Source: Hydrolagus colliei (lineage: Eukaryota). From it: a stretch of DNA of 64,000 bases. The translations under genes were made by a program, and so were the position numbers. Shown here one piece after another: positions 47,278-60,518 of this stretch. The first letter of the stretch is position 1. Each line of letters opens with the position of its first letter. The stretch covers positions 16,802,001-16,866,000 of the forward strand of contig CM068757.1 in assembly GCA_035084275.1 (NCBI GenBank), given 5' to 3'. The notes under the pieces are model-generated. The model ran no database searches. It was not told the origin of the DNA and saw only the letters and a program-made list of their open reading frames with translations.

Positions 47278-48923
47278 TCTCCCCCCAAGTATAGACAGGT
47301 GAACTTTAAGATCACTATTGCTTAAGATCACTTCTAAATGAAGGCGATCAGGAGGTTTCACTGCACGTCCAGAACGTGTTGTCATCACAGCTGGTGGTTG
47401 AACACTCGGTGTTTGTGACAGTGATGGAGACGGTGAAGACTTCTGAGGTGAAGTTGTGTCTGTTCAGTGACATCAGAAGGTGTAGTTGGTGGAGGTTCCA
47501 GTCGTGGGATTTTAGGTGGGGTGTTAACCAGGGCTTGTATGATGTAGGATCGTGGGTTGGAAGTTTGGTTGAGGACAGTTCCGTGGCGGTCCTGGTCTCG
47601 GATCCAAACAGGATGGAGCTCTGGCAAATCTCTAGCGCGGTGACGAAGGTTGAAGTTTAGTTGCTGGGATGTGCGATACACGCCTCTTCCTTCTGTCGGA
47701 TGTTCTGCTGGGGTTGAAGCTTTGGTTGAAGGTTTGATGGAAGAAAAGACAGTGTTGTTCTAGGTTTCCTGCCCATCAGCAGCTCGCTTGGTGACAGGCC
47801 ATTCTGGAGAGGTGACGCTCCATATGTCAGGAGAGCGAGATAGAGGTTTTCATTCTTTTTGAGTAGCCCTTTCATTGTACAAACCGCTCTCAGCTTCGCC
47901 GTTTGCCAGTGGATACCTTGGCGAACCGGTGGTGTGGACGAATCCGTACTTCTCAGCAAACTGGAGGAATGAGGCTGAACTAAATTGTGACCCATCGTCA
48001 GAAACCACCCAGTCTGGGATCCCGTGGACGGCAAAGATTTCTTTCAGGGCTCTGATAATGGTCGCTGGGGTTTGGCCAGATGAGAGAGATTTTATTTCTA
48101 TCCAGCGGGAGTAGTAGTGGACGACAATGAGAAAAATCTTCCCTTGATATTCAAATAAATCCATCCCCAGCCTTTCCCAAGGACGTGATGGGAATGATAC
48201 TGGCAAGAGAGGCTCGCATTGTTCTGGTCGGTGTTTGGCACAAGTTGAAAATTTAGAAATCATCTCTTCCATCGTCTTGGAGAGACCCGGCCGCCAAACA
48301 GATGTATGTGCTCTGGCTCGGCACTTGGTGATTCCCAGATGGATGCAGTCAAGCATTCATGCGGTCGTCATAAAGAAGATTGTCGAGGACAGAGAGATGA
48401 CTTTTACTTTCCTGAACTGGTGAAGTAGTGGTGTGTGTGGTGTGTAAGCAGGCCAACCAAGTAAGCAATACTCTTTGATCAGCACATACTCTTTGTCCGC
48501 CTTTTGAGCTGTGGCGATGTCAAGTAGGCGTTGTCTACTCGCCGCTAGTGTAATCATCGTATGATTCACGAAAGTTTCCATTTTTGCAATCAGCGCAGTG
48601 TCGGATTGATCGGGTGTGCCGACAGTGCATCAGGCGTGTTCCGGTGTTTGCCTGGAACGTACTGGACTGTTGGACTAAATCTCATCAGACGAAGGCGGAA
48701 TCGCAGTATGCGTGGAGGCATCTCATCGAGTTCCTTCGTCTGCAGAAGGGACACAAGTGGTTTGTGATCTGTCTCGAGGATGAAGTGTCGACCTAGTATA
48801 TAGTCAGAGAACTTCTCGCAGGCCCAGGTTGCAGCTAGTGCTTCTGTTTTTTGATTACTGCATATCGCTTCTCCGTGTCACTGAGAGAACGTGATGCTTA
48901 GTAGATTGGATGGCGTTTTCCAT

Positions 48924-49748
48924 CATAGATTCATAGATTCATAGAATTTTACGGTACAAAAGGAGGCCATTCGGCCCATCTAGTCTGTGCCGGCTCTTTG
49001 AAAAGAGCGATTCAATCCCACTGCCCTGCCCGCTCCCCATAGCCTAATAGACCTATTCTCTCTAAATAAAGATCTAATTCCCTTTTAAAAGTTGTTATCA
49101 AATCAGCCTCCACCACCTTTTCAGGCAATGCATTCCAGATTCGGACAACTCGCTGAGTGTAAAAATTTCTCCTCAGCCCCCCTCTACTTCGCCTTGAAAC
49201 TATTTTAAATCTGTGACCACGAGTCACAGATTCGCCCACGAGTGGAAATAGTTTTTCTCTATTTGCCCTGTCGAAACCCCTCATGATCTTATAAACCTCT
49301 ATTAGGTCTCCCCTCAATCTGCTCTGCTCCAGAGAGAATAACCCTAGCCTATCTAGCCTCTCCTCATAGCTGAAGTCCCTCAATCCTGGCACCATCCTAG
49401 TAAATCTTCGTTGTACCCTTTCCAAAGTCTTCACATCCTTTCTGTAGTGTGGTGACCAGAATTGAACACAGTATTCCAGCTGAAGCCTCACCAAAGTCTT
49501 ATAGAGGTTAGTCAGCACTTCCTGACCTTTGTACTCTATACCCCTATTTATAAAGCCTAGTATCCCATATACCTTCTTAACAGCCTTGTCTACCTGTCCT
49601 GCCACCTTCAACGAGTCACTAACACAGATCCCCAGGTCTCTCTGTTCCTTCACACCATTTAAAATTGTACTATCTAGTCTATATTGCCTCCCTTCATTTC
49701 TTCTCCCAAAATGCATCACCTCACACTTCTCTGCATTAAACTTCATCT
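48924..49748 (-). mobile_element. Young CR1 3' end inserted in the Gypsy element
   Basis: Open C-terminal RT frame, visibly near-identical to the 38-kb copy; (catagatt)n tail. Confidence 0.93.
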
Positions 49749-50107
49749 TGGATCTGAAGGAGAACGGCACCAATGCCGGATGCTGAAGCGTCAGTGGCAA
49801 CGAAGGTTGGACATTTTGGGTCGTAGTGAGCGAGAATTGCAGATGAAAGAAGCAAATCTTTCACGTTTTGAAATGAACTCTGCTGTGCGTTACCCCAATA
49901 CCAAGCTGTCTCTTTCTGCAGCAGCTGACGTAGTGGCTCGTTGATCTCCGCCAACCCAGGGACGAACTTCCCAAGTCGGTTGACCATTCCCATGAATCTC
50001 TGGAGCTCAGTGATGTTGGATGGGACTGGATACTCTGCAATGGCTGTTGTCTTGCGTTGGTCAGCGTGTAGGCCTGCTGCATCTACCACATGACCTAAGA
50101 ATTTGAC

Positions 50108-50505
50108 GGAGATTTGCCTTTAACAAATCCATGTTGACTGTCCTTTATTAGCCTATATCTTTCTAAGTGAAGATCTACCTTGTCCCTGATTATGGACTCT
50201 AGAAGTTTGCCCACTACCGACGTTAGACTGACTGGTCTGTAGTTACCAGGCTTGTCCTTCTGCCCCTTTTTATACAAGGGAGTAACATTAGCTATCCTCC
50301 AGTCCTCTGGCACGACCCCTGTGTCCAAGGAAGATTGAAAGATCGTGGCCAGAGTCCCTGCTATTTGCTCCCGTGCCTCACTTAGTAACCTAGGGTGCAT
50401 CCCATCCGGACCAGGTGACTTATCCACCTTGAGCGACGTCAACCTTTTTAGCACTTCCTCTCTGGTTATAATTATTCTATCCATTTCTCCAACCCTCTCC
50501 TTCTC
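50108..50505 (-). mobile_element. CR1 RT internal fragment inserted in the Gypsy element
   Basis: KSPGPDGMHPRLL..WRIANVTPLYKKGQKDKPGNYRPVSLTSVVGKLLE..SQHGFVKGKS. Confidence 0.9.
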
Positions 50506-51715
50506 CTAAGCTTGGAGAAGGTTCTACTTTTCCCAAGCTTAGCTAAGCTCTCGTCGACTGAGGACATAGGGTGAATCTCACGTTTACAGTCTTGTTGAGT
50601 TGAGTGAGGTCAACGCAGATGCGATTGGATCCGTTTGATTTGGGCACCATTTTGTTGGTGTAGTGACTGGGGAAATGACACCCTGTTGAAGCATGGACTG
50701 AATCTTCTGTTCCACTTGTGGTAGTAGTGGGTGAGGCACTTGTCTCGGTGTGTAGCGCATACTGGCTTGGCATCAGGGCACAGCTTTTTGTGTACGGTGT
50801 CTGAAGTTTTCCCAGGCCAGTGAACAATCCAGGATATTCTGCTTTGAAGTTGGGAGTTGGACTCTGCTTCACCTCGTTTACTCTTGCGATGAGGCCAAGA
50901 TCAATGTATGCTCATTTACTGAGTAGTGAACATCTCTGGTTTTGAATGATGTAGAGTCGCTCAGTTATCTCCCTCTGGAGGCACTGCAGCTTAGCAGTCA
51001 GCATTCCCGTCACTGGTAGTGGGATGCCGCCTGGACCACAGAGGGACTGATTGGTCTCTTTGAGTCGCACTCTGGCCACTGATGACTCTGTGTCACTGAT
51101 GACGGAAACGGTTGCCCCGGTGTCTAGCTTGAAGCAGGTGGGGTGTCCATCAACCGAGTCGCAAGCTCCAAAAGTCGTTATTGCCAACGATCTCACCGGG
51201 GAACGGAAGGTCATCCTCTCGTGAGTCTTGAACTTCATGCACTTTTGTGTTTCTGCGTTTGGATGCAGCTGCGGCAAACTGCCTGGAAATGACCTTTCTT
51301 TTGGTAATTGTTACACGTGGCATCTTTTGCAGGACATTGTTGACGCGAATGGCGTTGTCTGACACACCATTGACAATGATCGGCCTCGGAAACTCTTGTT
51401 TGCTGCATTCTCTGGCTCGACTTTAAGCTGTTGTCGTTGGATGGAGTTTTGCGTTTAGTGACGTGATCGATGCTAGTGGACCTGATGTCACCACGGACGA
51501 TGTCACGGCTGCCATATCTCGCCTCTGACTGACGGCATATATGGACGGCTTAGTCAAGCGTGAGGTCCAGTTGGGGCTGCAGAGAGTCTGACAATTTTTC
51601 ATCCAGCACTCCAACAACAATTCTGTCTCTGATACAGCTGTCCTTGAGCTCGCCATATTGACAGTTGTCAGCTAGTCTAAACAAATCTTGAAGCGTATTG
51701 AGACACTTGAGGGCA

Positions 51716-53790
51716 TGAAGCCTGGTATGGGAGACAACATGAACTGCAGAATTCTGAATGATCTGCAGACTGTGAAGAGAGGAGCTGGGGAGGCCGAAGA
51801 GGAGAGAGTTCCCGTAGTCGAGCCTGGAAGTTATAAAGGCATGGATGAGAGTTTTGGCGGCATGGGGGATGAGGTAGTGGCGGAGTCTGGCAATATTATG
51901 GAGGTGATGGAAGGCTGTGCCGATCATGGAGCAGATGTGGGGGAGGAAGGACAGTTCGGGGTCGAAACAGATGCCCAGATTCCTGATTGGCTTCGAGAGG
52001 TAGAGAGAGCAGCCTTGAATGCTGATGTTGTCAGCACCTGTGGTGCTGAGGTGCTGACGTGAGCCAATCAGGAGGGCTTCCGCCTTGTTGACATTGAGTT
52101 GTAGGAAATTTGCCCTCATCCAGGACTCAATGTCCGACAGACATGCAGTCTGAACGCCAGTGGTCCTGGAATCGAGGGTTGAAGCGGATAGGTAAAGTTG
52201 GGTGTCATCCGCATACATGTGGAAATTTACCTCGTGTCTGCGGATGATGTTGCCCAGGGGGAGAGTGAAGAGGGTGAAGAGCAGGGGGCTAAGGATAGAG
52301 CCCTGGGGAGCACCGCATGTGACTGTGCGGGGCTGGAGGAGAAGCCATTGGAAGAGATCATTGAGAAGGCAGTGGGAGAGATAGGACTGGAACCATTCGA
52401 ATACAGAACCTTACAGGTTGAGGAGGGAGGAGAGGCAGTGGAGGACGATAGCGTGGTCCACGGTATTGAAGGCAGCGGGTAGGTCGAGGAGGACGTGGGG
52501 GCAGAGAAAATTCTGGTCACAGATGGTCAGGATGTCGTTTGCAATCTTGACCAGGCAGTTTCCGTGCTGTGGGATGCATGGAATCCCAATTGGAGGGGTT
52601 CGAGCTGTGTGTGTTTTGTGAGGAAAGAGCGGAGCTGGGAGGCAACCACTTTTTCAAGAACCTTGGAAAGGTAGGGGAGGTTGGAGATGGGCCGGTAGCT
52701 TGATAGCTGCGACTCATCGAAGGAAGGCTTTTTTAGGATGGGGGTGATGGTGGCGGTTTTCAAGGCAGTGGGAATGGTCCCAGATGAGAGGGACAGGTTG
52801 ATCGTGTCGGTATTTATTGGGGCTAGAAGGTGGAGCTGGGTGGTGAGGAGAGGGGTGGGGATGGGATCAAGGTAGCAGGTGGTGAGCTTCATTGAGGAGA
52901 TGGTCTCAATGACGGAGGATGGGGAGATGAGGTCAAAGGTGTGGACTGGGGGGGGATGGATTGGAGATGGGGTGTGGGGGGGAGGTGGGGAGGGGGTGGA
53001 AGTTGGGACAGTGATCGCAGAGAGGATTCCCTTGATTTTGGTCACGAGGAAATCCAGCATCTACTTGCAGCAGGAGTTCGAGGAGAGGATCTGCGAGGCG
53101 AGGCGGGGTGGACGGAGGAGATGGTTGGTGGTGGCAACAGCCGAACCAACATACGTGTGGTGGTGAGCGACTGGCGAGGACATGTTTCTGCTGCTCCAGG
53201 CACGAGGACCGTCACATCAAACTCCCCTGAACAACGGCTCAGTCTGGCTGCCTGACCTCACTTCCTGACGCCCTTTTCATACTTGCCAGGGTCAGGTTAG
53301 TGTATTTACATCCTTCTGCTTGCTTGTGCTCCCTGCCCTGTCTGTCTCAGAAACCTAAGCCATATCCCTCCCAAACCCCCCTCATCCCCCCCATCCCCCA
53401 CCCTCTCCCACTATCCTGTCTCCTGTAGCCCACGGGCTGAGGCTGCCACACAGATCTCTAACTCCCGGTCTCTGCAAGTGCGTTTTGACTGTCGCCCCAA
53501 TCTGAATCGCTCCTCCAGCAAAATGTTCCTCCGATCACTCCGTGTCACCTGCCTACCTGTCCGACCTCCTGTCCGACCGTGGTTTGTGAGGAATGACAGC
53601 CAGCGCCTGGAGCCACGATGGGCCCGGTGGAGGATGCCCAGGCTGGAGCAGAGGGAAGTGATGATGGGTCCAGGAGATTGAAAAGGTGGGAGCAGTGGGA
53701 GATACAGACAGAGTGAGAGTAGAGGATAGAGGGGGGTGGGAGGAGAGACATTTAGATTGGAGGAGGCTCAGGTCGAGGCGGCAGCCAAAC
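51716..53790 (-). mobile_element. L2 LINE fragments
   Basis: [26 protein letters not shown]; CYLDPIPTPLL..ATITPILKKPS.D..SYRPISNLPYLSKVLEKVV; 5' piece 53470-53790. Confidence 0.88.
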
Positions 53791-54959
53791 GCGCACACAG
53801 ACTACTGACAGTAAGGTAACAGGCGACAGGGAGTGCACTGGTGGGATGTAGTGCTGCCCTTTATGTTACCAGTTGCCAACATCTACACTGCCCTGTAAAA
53901 CACCAACTCCCTTGGCCTTTCAGTGACTCGACCGCCTGCCCTCACTTACTGCCTCTAGGATATCCACTTTTATGACTTCTTCCACCACTGGTATCAAAGA
54001 TTCCTCGATGTTCTTAACAAAGAACAAGAACAATTTGCCATTATGAATGATTTTGTTCACATTGGACTCGGGTCTGAAAGATTTTAACATATATAATGGG
54101 AGCTCCGAGCAGCTGGTGGAATGGCAGGTTTTGAGGATGGTGACCAAAAAATAGCCAAATGATTAGTTTCTGAGTTAACTTTGAAGGCAGAAAGAGAAGG
54201 TCCGAGGCGAGAGGATTTGGTGTGCGTTTGTGGAGAGTGGGGACACAGCAAATAGTCGCCTCTTCCCTCTCGGTGTCGATGTTGACCTGGAAAAGAGACA
54301 GAAGGGAGAAGATTAGCTGCCGGCAAGGACCTGGCACCCATGTCTGTCTAAAGACATTGCAGGATTGGGCTGGAGAATGTCAAGTCTCCAAACTTGGCTG
54401 CACTGTAACTCTGTGAGTCTCTGGGTCTGACAGTCACCAGGTTGGCTTGAGGCTCCTTAGCCTCTTGTGGTATCACCATCTCCAGTTCGAGAGGGGAAGA
54501 GAGTCCATTGTCCTGAAATGCAAAGCAGCTGTCAGTGCGTGTGGAATTAGTGCCTTGATTCTAACTATCCTTAACTATCCAGAGCCTTGGGATGTCCTCT
54601 CCACTGAGGGGGAGTCAGAGGGTCACGTTTACTGTGCTGTTTCTGTGTGTAATTTGGCTGGAAATTCATTGGAGTTTGCATCCTCTTCCTGTGTGTATGG
54701 GAGGAGCCTCTCAAATAAAAGATATCTCCACACTCCCCCCAGTCATGGTCCTGGCATCTCAGTCAGGAGCTCATTGCCACTTGACACAAACTTGCCAGCT
54801 TCCCACTGACTAGGATGGTACCTGTCGGTCACACGGACACACAGCCCTCCACACCCAACAGACCACAACAGCAATAAATTACATTTGTATATCGGCTTTC
54901 ATGTCGGGAGGACTTCCAAACGCACAAAAGACCAACGTTCTTCAATGTTGGCAGTTCAA

Positions 54960-56725
54960 AACAAAGAGATTTGGGGGCATTTGCAGAGTTAATGGACATT
55001 GCAAAACCTTTACCTCCTCCTCCTCCCTATCTCCGCCCTAGCCACCGCCAAATCCGCCTTCTACTCCAGGATAATCCTGGAAACGAAGGACAACCACCGC
55101 CTCCTCTTCGCCACCACCAACCACCTCCTCCGCACCCCCCATCTCGCTTCGCAGATCCTTCCTCAAACGCAAGTTGCGAGGAGATGTTGGACTTCCTCGA
55201 GTCCAAAATAGTGAGAATCCGCACGGCGGTTTCTACCCCCCACCTCTCCTCCACCTCCGCCCCTCCATCCGTTATTTGAACCCTCACCCAACCCCCCCTT
55301 CATACTTTCATCCCCACCTCCCCGTCTTCAATCACTAAAATAATCATCTCCATGAAACCCACCACGTGTTCATTGGACCCCCTCCTCCGCACCCAGCTCC
55401 ACCTTTTGGCCCCGCTCATTTCTGACACCATCAACCTTTCCCTCTCCTCAGGCACCGTCCCTAACTCCCTTAAAACAGCCACCATCACCCCTATCCTGAA
55501 GAAACCCTCCCTTGATGCGTCGCAGCCATCAAGCTATCGACCCATCTCCAACCTCCCGTTTTTATCCAAGGTCTTGAAAGAGTGGTTGCCTCCCAGCTCC
55601 GCTCTTTCCTTTTAACTCATTCACTTTTTGAACCCCTGCAATCAGGTTTCCGCCCTGCTCACAGCACAGAAACTGCCCTGGTTAAGGTTACAAATGACAT
55701 CCTACCCACCTGTGACCAGGGCTCCCTCTGCCTCCTCATCCTCCTTGACCTGTCTGCTGCGTTTGACACAGTCGATCACACCATCCTCCTCCAATGTCTT
55801 TCCTCCCACCTCAACCTTCAAGGCATAGTCCTTGACTGGTTCCATTCCTACCTGACCCACCGTTTACACTTTGTTTCTTTCAACGGTTTTTCCTCAAACC
55901 CCCGCAGTTTCTCACGACGTCCCTCAGGGCTCTGTCCTCGGCCCCCTCCTTTTCACCATTTACACGCTCCCTCTGGGCGATGTCATCCGCAAACACGGGG
56001 TAAATTTCCACATGTATGCGGACGACACCCAACTGTACCTTTCTGCCTCATCCCTCAACACCCAGACCATCAATGTTCTGACAGCATGTCTGTACGACAT
56101 TGAGTCCTGGACGAGGGACAACTTCCTCCAATTCAACGTGAGTAAGACCGAGGCCCTCCTGATCGGCTCAAGCCAGTGCCTCCGCACATCGGGTGCTGCC
56201 AGCCTCAACATCCAAGGTTGTACTCTCCACCTCACAAAGCCAGTCAGGAACCTCAGCATCACGTTCGACCATAAACTCTCCTTCCTCCCCCACATCCGTG
56301 CCTTGACCGGCACCGCTTACTTCCACCTGCGCAACATTGCCAGGCTCCGCAACTACCTCACCCCCCACGCTGCCAAAACACTGAGGTGATGTGCATGCGT
56401 ACATCACCTCACGGCTGGATTACGGAAACTCTCTCCTCGTCGGCCTCCCCAGCTCCTCCATTCACAGGCTGCAGGTCATCCAAAACCCTGCAGCCCGTGT
56501 ATTATCCCGCACCCACCTCCACATAACCCCCACCCTCGCTCGTCTCCACTGGCTCCCCATCCTCCAGAGGATCGAGTTTAAGATCCTCGTCCTCACCTTC
56601 AAGGCCTTACATTGCCTTGCCCCGCCCTATTTAACCAATTTACTCTCCCCCTACACGCCCACCCAGGCCCTCCGTTCAGCAGGACTTGGCCTGCTCCAAG
56701 CCCCCCGCCCGAACCACCCCACTTC
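54960..56725 (+). mobile_element. L2 LINE RT region
   Basis: [72 protein letters not shown]; frameshifted. Confidence 0.92.
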
Positions 56726-56824
56726 AACTTCAATTACTTCAACTTGGGGTGGGTGGGGAGGGGTAGCGCCTTAACCCCTTCTTGACTGAAATGGAATTGT
56801 GGAAATATATTCCAAAGTACCACC

Positions 56825-59680
56825 CCATGTTAGCTAGTGTACATCCCCATGTTACCTGGCCTACCCACAGATGTTCACTTGCCTACACACACGTTAGCTA
56901 GACTACCCCCCCATTTTAGCTAGCCTACACCCCCATGTTAGCTAGCCTAACCCCCATGTTAGCTAGCTACTCCCATGTTAGCTAGCCTACCGCCGCATGT
57001 TGGCTAGCCTAACCCACATGTTAGCTAGCCTACCTCCCCATGTTAGCTAGCCTACCCCACACATGTTAACTAGCCTACCCCACCATGTTAGCTAGCGTAA
57101 ACCCCATGTTAGCTACACCTCCAGGCTGGCTAGCCAGACCCCCTGTGTTAGTTAGCCTACCCAACATGTTAGCTCACTTACACCCCATGTTAGCCAGTCT
57201 ACCAGCCCATGTTAGCTAGCCTACATCCCCATGCTATGTAGCCTATACCCCATGTTAGCTAGTCTACCCACACATGTTAGCAAGCCTACCATCCTATGTT
57301 ACCTAGCCTACACCCCATGTTAGCTACTCCCCCCATGTTCGCTACCCTACCCCCCACATGTGAGCTAGCCTACACCCCCATGTTCACTAGCCTACCCCAC
57401 CATATTAGCTAGCCTACCCCCTAGGGTCCGTCGATATGGAAAATTTTCCGATTAAATATATCGATGGGCTCATATCGAGATATACCGAAATATCGATATT
57501 TTCAGGTTTTTCGTACTGCGCATGCGCGCGCGCATTCGGAGTGCGCACGCATTCAGAGCCTACCTTCTCAGGAGGTAAATATATTTCTCTCTCTGTGTCT
57601 CTCACTCTCTCCATCTCTGTGTTTTTCTGTCTGTGTCTCTCTATGTCTCTCTCCCTCTCTCATCCCCCCCATCTCTATCTATCTGTATATATTATCACAT
57701 CCACCCCGTCTCCCCCCCCCCCCGCCGTCCCTCTCTCACACCACCCACCCCCGTCGTCTCTCTCCCCCACCACCCCCCCAACCGTCTCTCTCTCCCTCCC
57801 TCCCTGCCGTCTCTCTCCCCCACCCCCAGCCGTCTTTCTCCCCCCAGCTGTCTCTCTCCCCCTCTCCTCCCCTCTCCCAGCCATCTCTCTCCCCCTCCCC
57901 CCAGCCGTCTCTCTCCCCCTCTCCTCCCCCCCCAACCGTCTCTCTCCCCACCCCAGCCGTCTCTCTCCCCCTCCCCCCAGCCGTCTCTCTCCCGCTCTCC
58001 CCCCAGCCGTCTCTCCCCCTCCCCCCGGCCGTCTCTCTCCCCCTCTCCCCCCACCCAGCCGTCTCTCTCCCCCTCTCCCCCCTCAGCCGTATCTCTCCCC
58101 CTCCCCCCAGCCGTCTCTCTCCCCCTCTCCCCCCAGCCGTTTCTCTCCCCCTCCCCCCAGCCGTCTCTCTCCCCCTCCCCCCAGCCGTCTCTCTCCCCCT
58201 CTCCCCCCACCCAGCCGTCTCTCTCCCCCCCCCAGCCGTATCTCTCCCCTCTCCCCCCAGCCGTCTCTCTCCCCCCACCCCCAGCCGTCTCTCTCCCCCT
58301 CACCCCCCCCCCCCCAGCAGTCTCTCTCCCTCTCACCCTCCCCCCCCCCCCCCCCGCAGCCGTCTCTCTCACCCCCCACCCCTTGCATACCTGTATATTG
58401 TATTCGAGGACTATGAATACAATATGGCGGCTTTGCACCTCGGTCTGTGCATTGTGTATAGAGATGAGCATTCTGGGTCTTGTAGTTCAGTGTGCTCGCA
58501 TCCCGATTTTTTACCTCGATATACCGTTTTTTCGATATATCGATATTCTTGAAATGTCTATAATCGGTGTATCGATATGAAAATTATATCGGGTTTTAGC
58601 GATATATTGCCGGACCCTACTACCCCCCCATGTTAGCAAGCCTACGCCCCCATGTTAGCCAGTCTACCCTCCATGTTAGCTATCCTACCAACCCCTCCAT
58701 GTTAGCCAGTGTACACCCCATGTTATCTAGCCAAACCCACCATGTCAGGTAGCCTACTCCTCCATGTTAGCTAGCCTACCCACTAAAGTTAGCTAGCCTG
58801 CCCCACTATGTTAACTAGCCTACCATCCCATGTTAGCTTGCCTACACCCCATGTTAGCTAATCTAACCCCCGAAGTTAGCTAGCCTGCCTCCCTATGTTT
58901 GCTAGCCTACCGTCCTTTGTTAGCTTGGCTATACCCCATGTTTGCTAGCCTATTAGCTAGCCTAACCCCCCCATGTTAACTTGACGACCACTCCATGTTC
59001 ATAGCCTAAACCTCAGGTTAGCTAGGCTAGCCCCCCCCCATGTTAGCTAGCCTAGCCCCCATGTTAGCTAGCCTACCCCCCACCATGTTAGCCAGTCTAC
59101 CCTCCCATGTAGCAAGCCTACCCCCCCATGTTAGCTAGCCTACTCCCCCATATTATCTAGCCTACCCCCTATGTTAGCCATCCTACCTCCCCATGTTAGT
59201 CACTCTACCCCCCCATGATAGCTAACTTACTCCACCATGTTAGCTACTCCCCCCATGCTAGCTAGCCTACCCTCCCATGTTAGCCAGTCTACACCCCATG
59301 TTAATTAGCCTCTGAGACGCCGTCCGGTGTGGAGGGCACTATCTAAATCAAAGTTGTTGTTGTTGTTGTTGTAGCCTATCCCGCCATGTCAGCTAGCCTA
59401 CCCCCTATGTTAACTACTCCCCCCTTGTTAGCTAGCCTACTCCCCCATGTTAGCTAGCCTACTCCCCCATGTTAGCTAGCCTACTCCCCCATGTTAGCTA
59501 GCCTACTCCCCCATGTTAGCTAGCCTACTCCCCCATGTTAGCTAGCCTACTCCCCCATGTTAGCTAGCCTACTCCCCCATGTTAGCTAGCCTACTCCCCC
59601 ATGTTAGTTAGCCTACTCCCCCATGTTAGCTAGCCTACTCCCCCATGTTAGCTAGCCTATGCACCCATGTTAGCTAGCCT
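56825..59680. repeat. (ATGTTAGCTAGCCTACCCCC)n minisatellite, with a perfect 22-bp block at about 59427-59660
   Basis: Tandem degenerate units of about 20-22 bp; GTTAGCTAGCCTACTCCCCCAT repeats almost exactly at the right end. Confidence 0.93.
57422..58619. mobile_element. Non-autonomous hAT element with 8-bp TSD, inserted in the minisatellite
   Basis: TIRs TAGGGTCCGTCGATAT and reverse complement TAGGGTCCGGCAATAT; ATCGAT-rich subterminal repeats; TSD CTACCCCC at 57414-57421 and 58620-58627; internal CAGCCGTCTCTCTCCCCC expansion. Confidence 0.88.
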
Positions 59681-59689
59681 ACTCTCTCA

Positions 59690-60110
59690 CCCATTTTAGG
59701 CACCTTCCTCTTCCTCATCTACATGCTTCCTCTTGAGGATGTGAAGGGTACAGTTCCACATAGGGTACAGTTCCACATAGATGCGGATGACACCCAACTC
59801 TATTTCTCCACCTCACTTTGTGACCCCCCAGTCCCCTGATGTATTGTCAGCTTGCCTGTCAGACATCAGGAGCTGCTTGAGCACGAACTTCCTGCAGCTG
59901 AATGTTGACAAGACAGAAGCCATACCCTGCGGCTCTCATCAATGTCTCCATTCACATGGCTTTCACCTCCTCCACCTTCCTGGCCTGGCCCTCAAACTCT
60001 CCGAACCTGTGTGCAACCTTGGGTTCAGGTTCAACCCCCAACTGTCCTTCCTCCCCCACATCCGTTCCCTTACCAGCATCACTTTTTTCCACCTCTGATG
60101 GAACGCCCGT
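59690..60110 (+). mobile_element. Degraded L2 RT fragment
   Basis: [47 protein letters not shown]. Confidence 0.8.
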
Positions 60111-60518
60111 CTCTGGCAATATCTCGCCCCAAAAGTCAATCAGTCAATCACTCTAAGATTTTTCACCATCACTCTCTAATATTATCAAATTCTCACTCAA
60201 TCATTTTCCAGCCACCCAAGCAATGTCTCAGTCAGTCTCCCTTCCTCTCTCTTTTCTACTCTTTCTCTTGTTCCTTCTCTCTCTCCCTTTCTTTCACTCT
60301 CTGGCTCTATAAGTCTCTCTCTTGATCTCTCTGCATCAGTCTTGCACAATCACTTAACCTCACATTCTCACAGTCATCAGATCTCTCACTCATTATTTCG
60401 CAGAATCAATATGTTTCCATCACAATGAGGAAGGAAGCATTGCTGCATCTAGTTCTGGGAAACGAAGTGAGTCAAGTGGAGAAAGTATGTATAACAGTAA
60501 GAATTTGCACATACAGTA

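Larger units (their letters stand above)
47278..51715 (-). mobile_element. Decayed Ty3/Gypsy internal region (gag-PR-RT-RH-IN) with nested CR1 insertions
   Basis: gag RLADNCQYGELKD..IRDRIVVGV; protease FKLDTGATVSVIS; RT RICVDLTQLNK and ELQRFMGMVN.LGKF; RH VATDASASGIGAVLLQ; integrase HLGITKCR..W.PG..PWERLGMDLF..VSDDGSQF. 5' LTR not found. Confidence 0.93.

Noticed and set aside
54447-54809. ORF with IVLKC and VYCAVS suggesting a V domain
   Set aside because: No WYxQ, wrong Cys spacing and no RSS.
57436-58580. 300+ aa Pro/Ser-rich ORFs
   Set aside because: Internal CAGCCGTCTCTCTCCCCC expansion of a non-autonomous hAT element; no transposase motifs.
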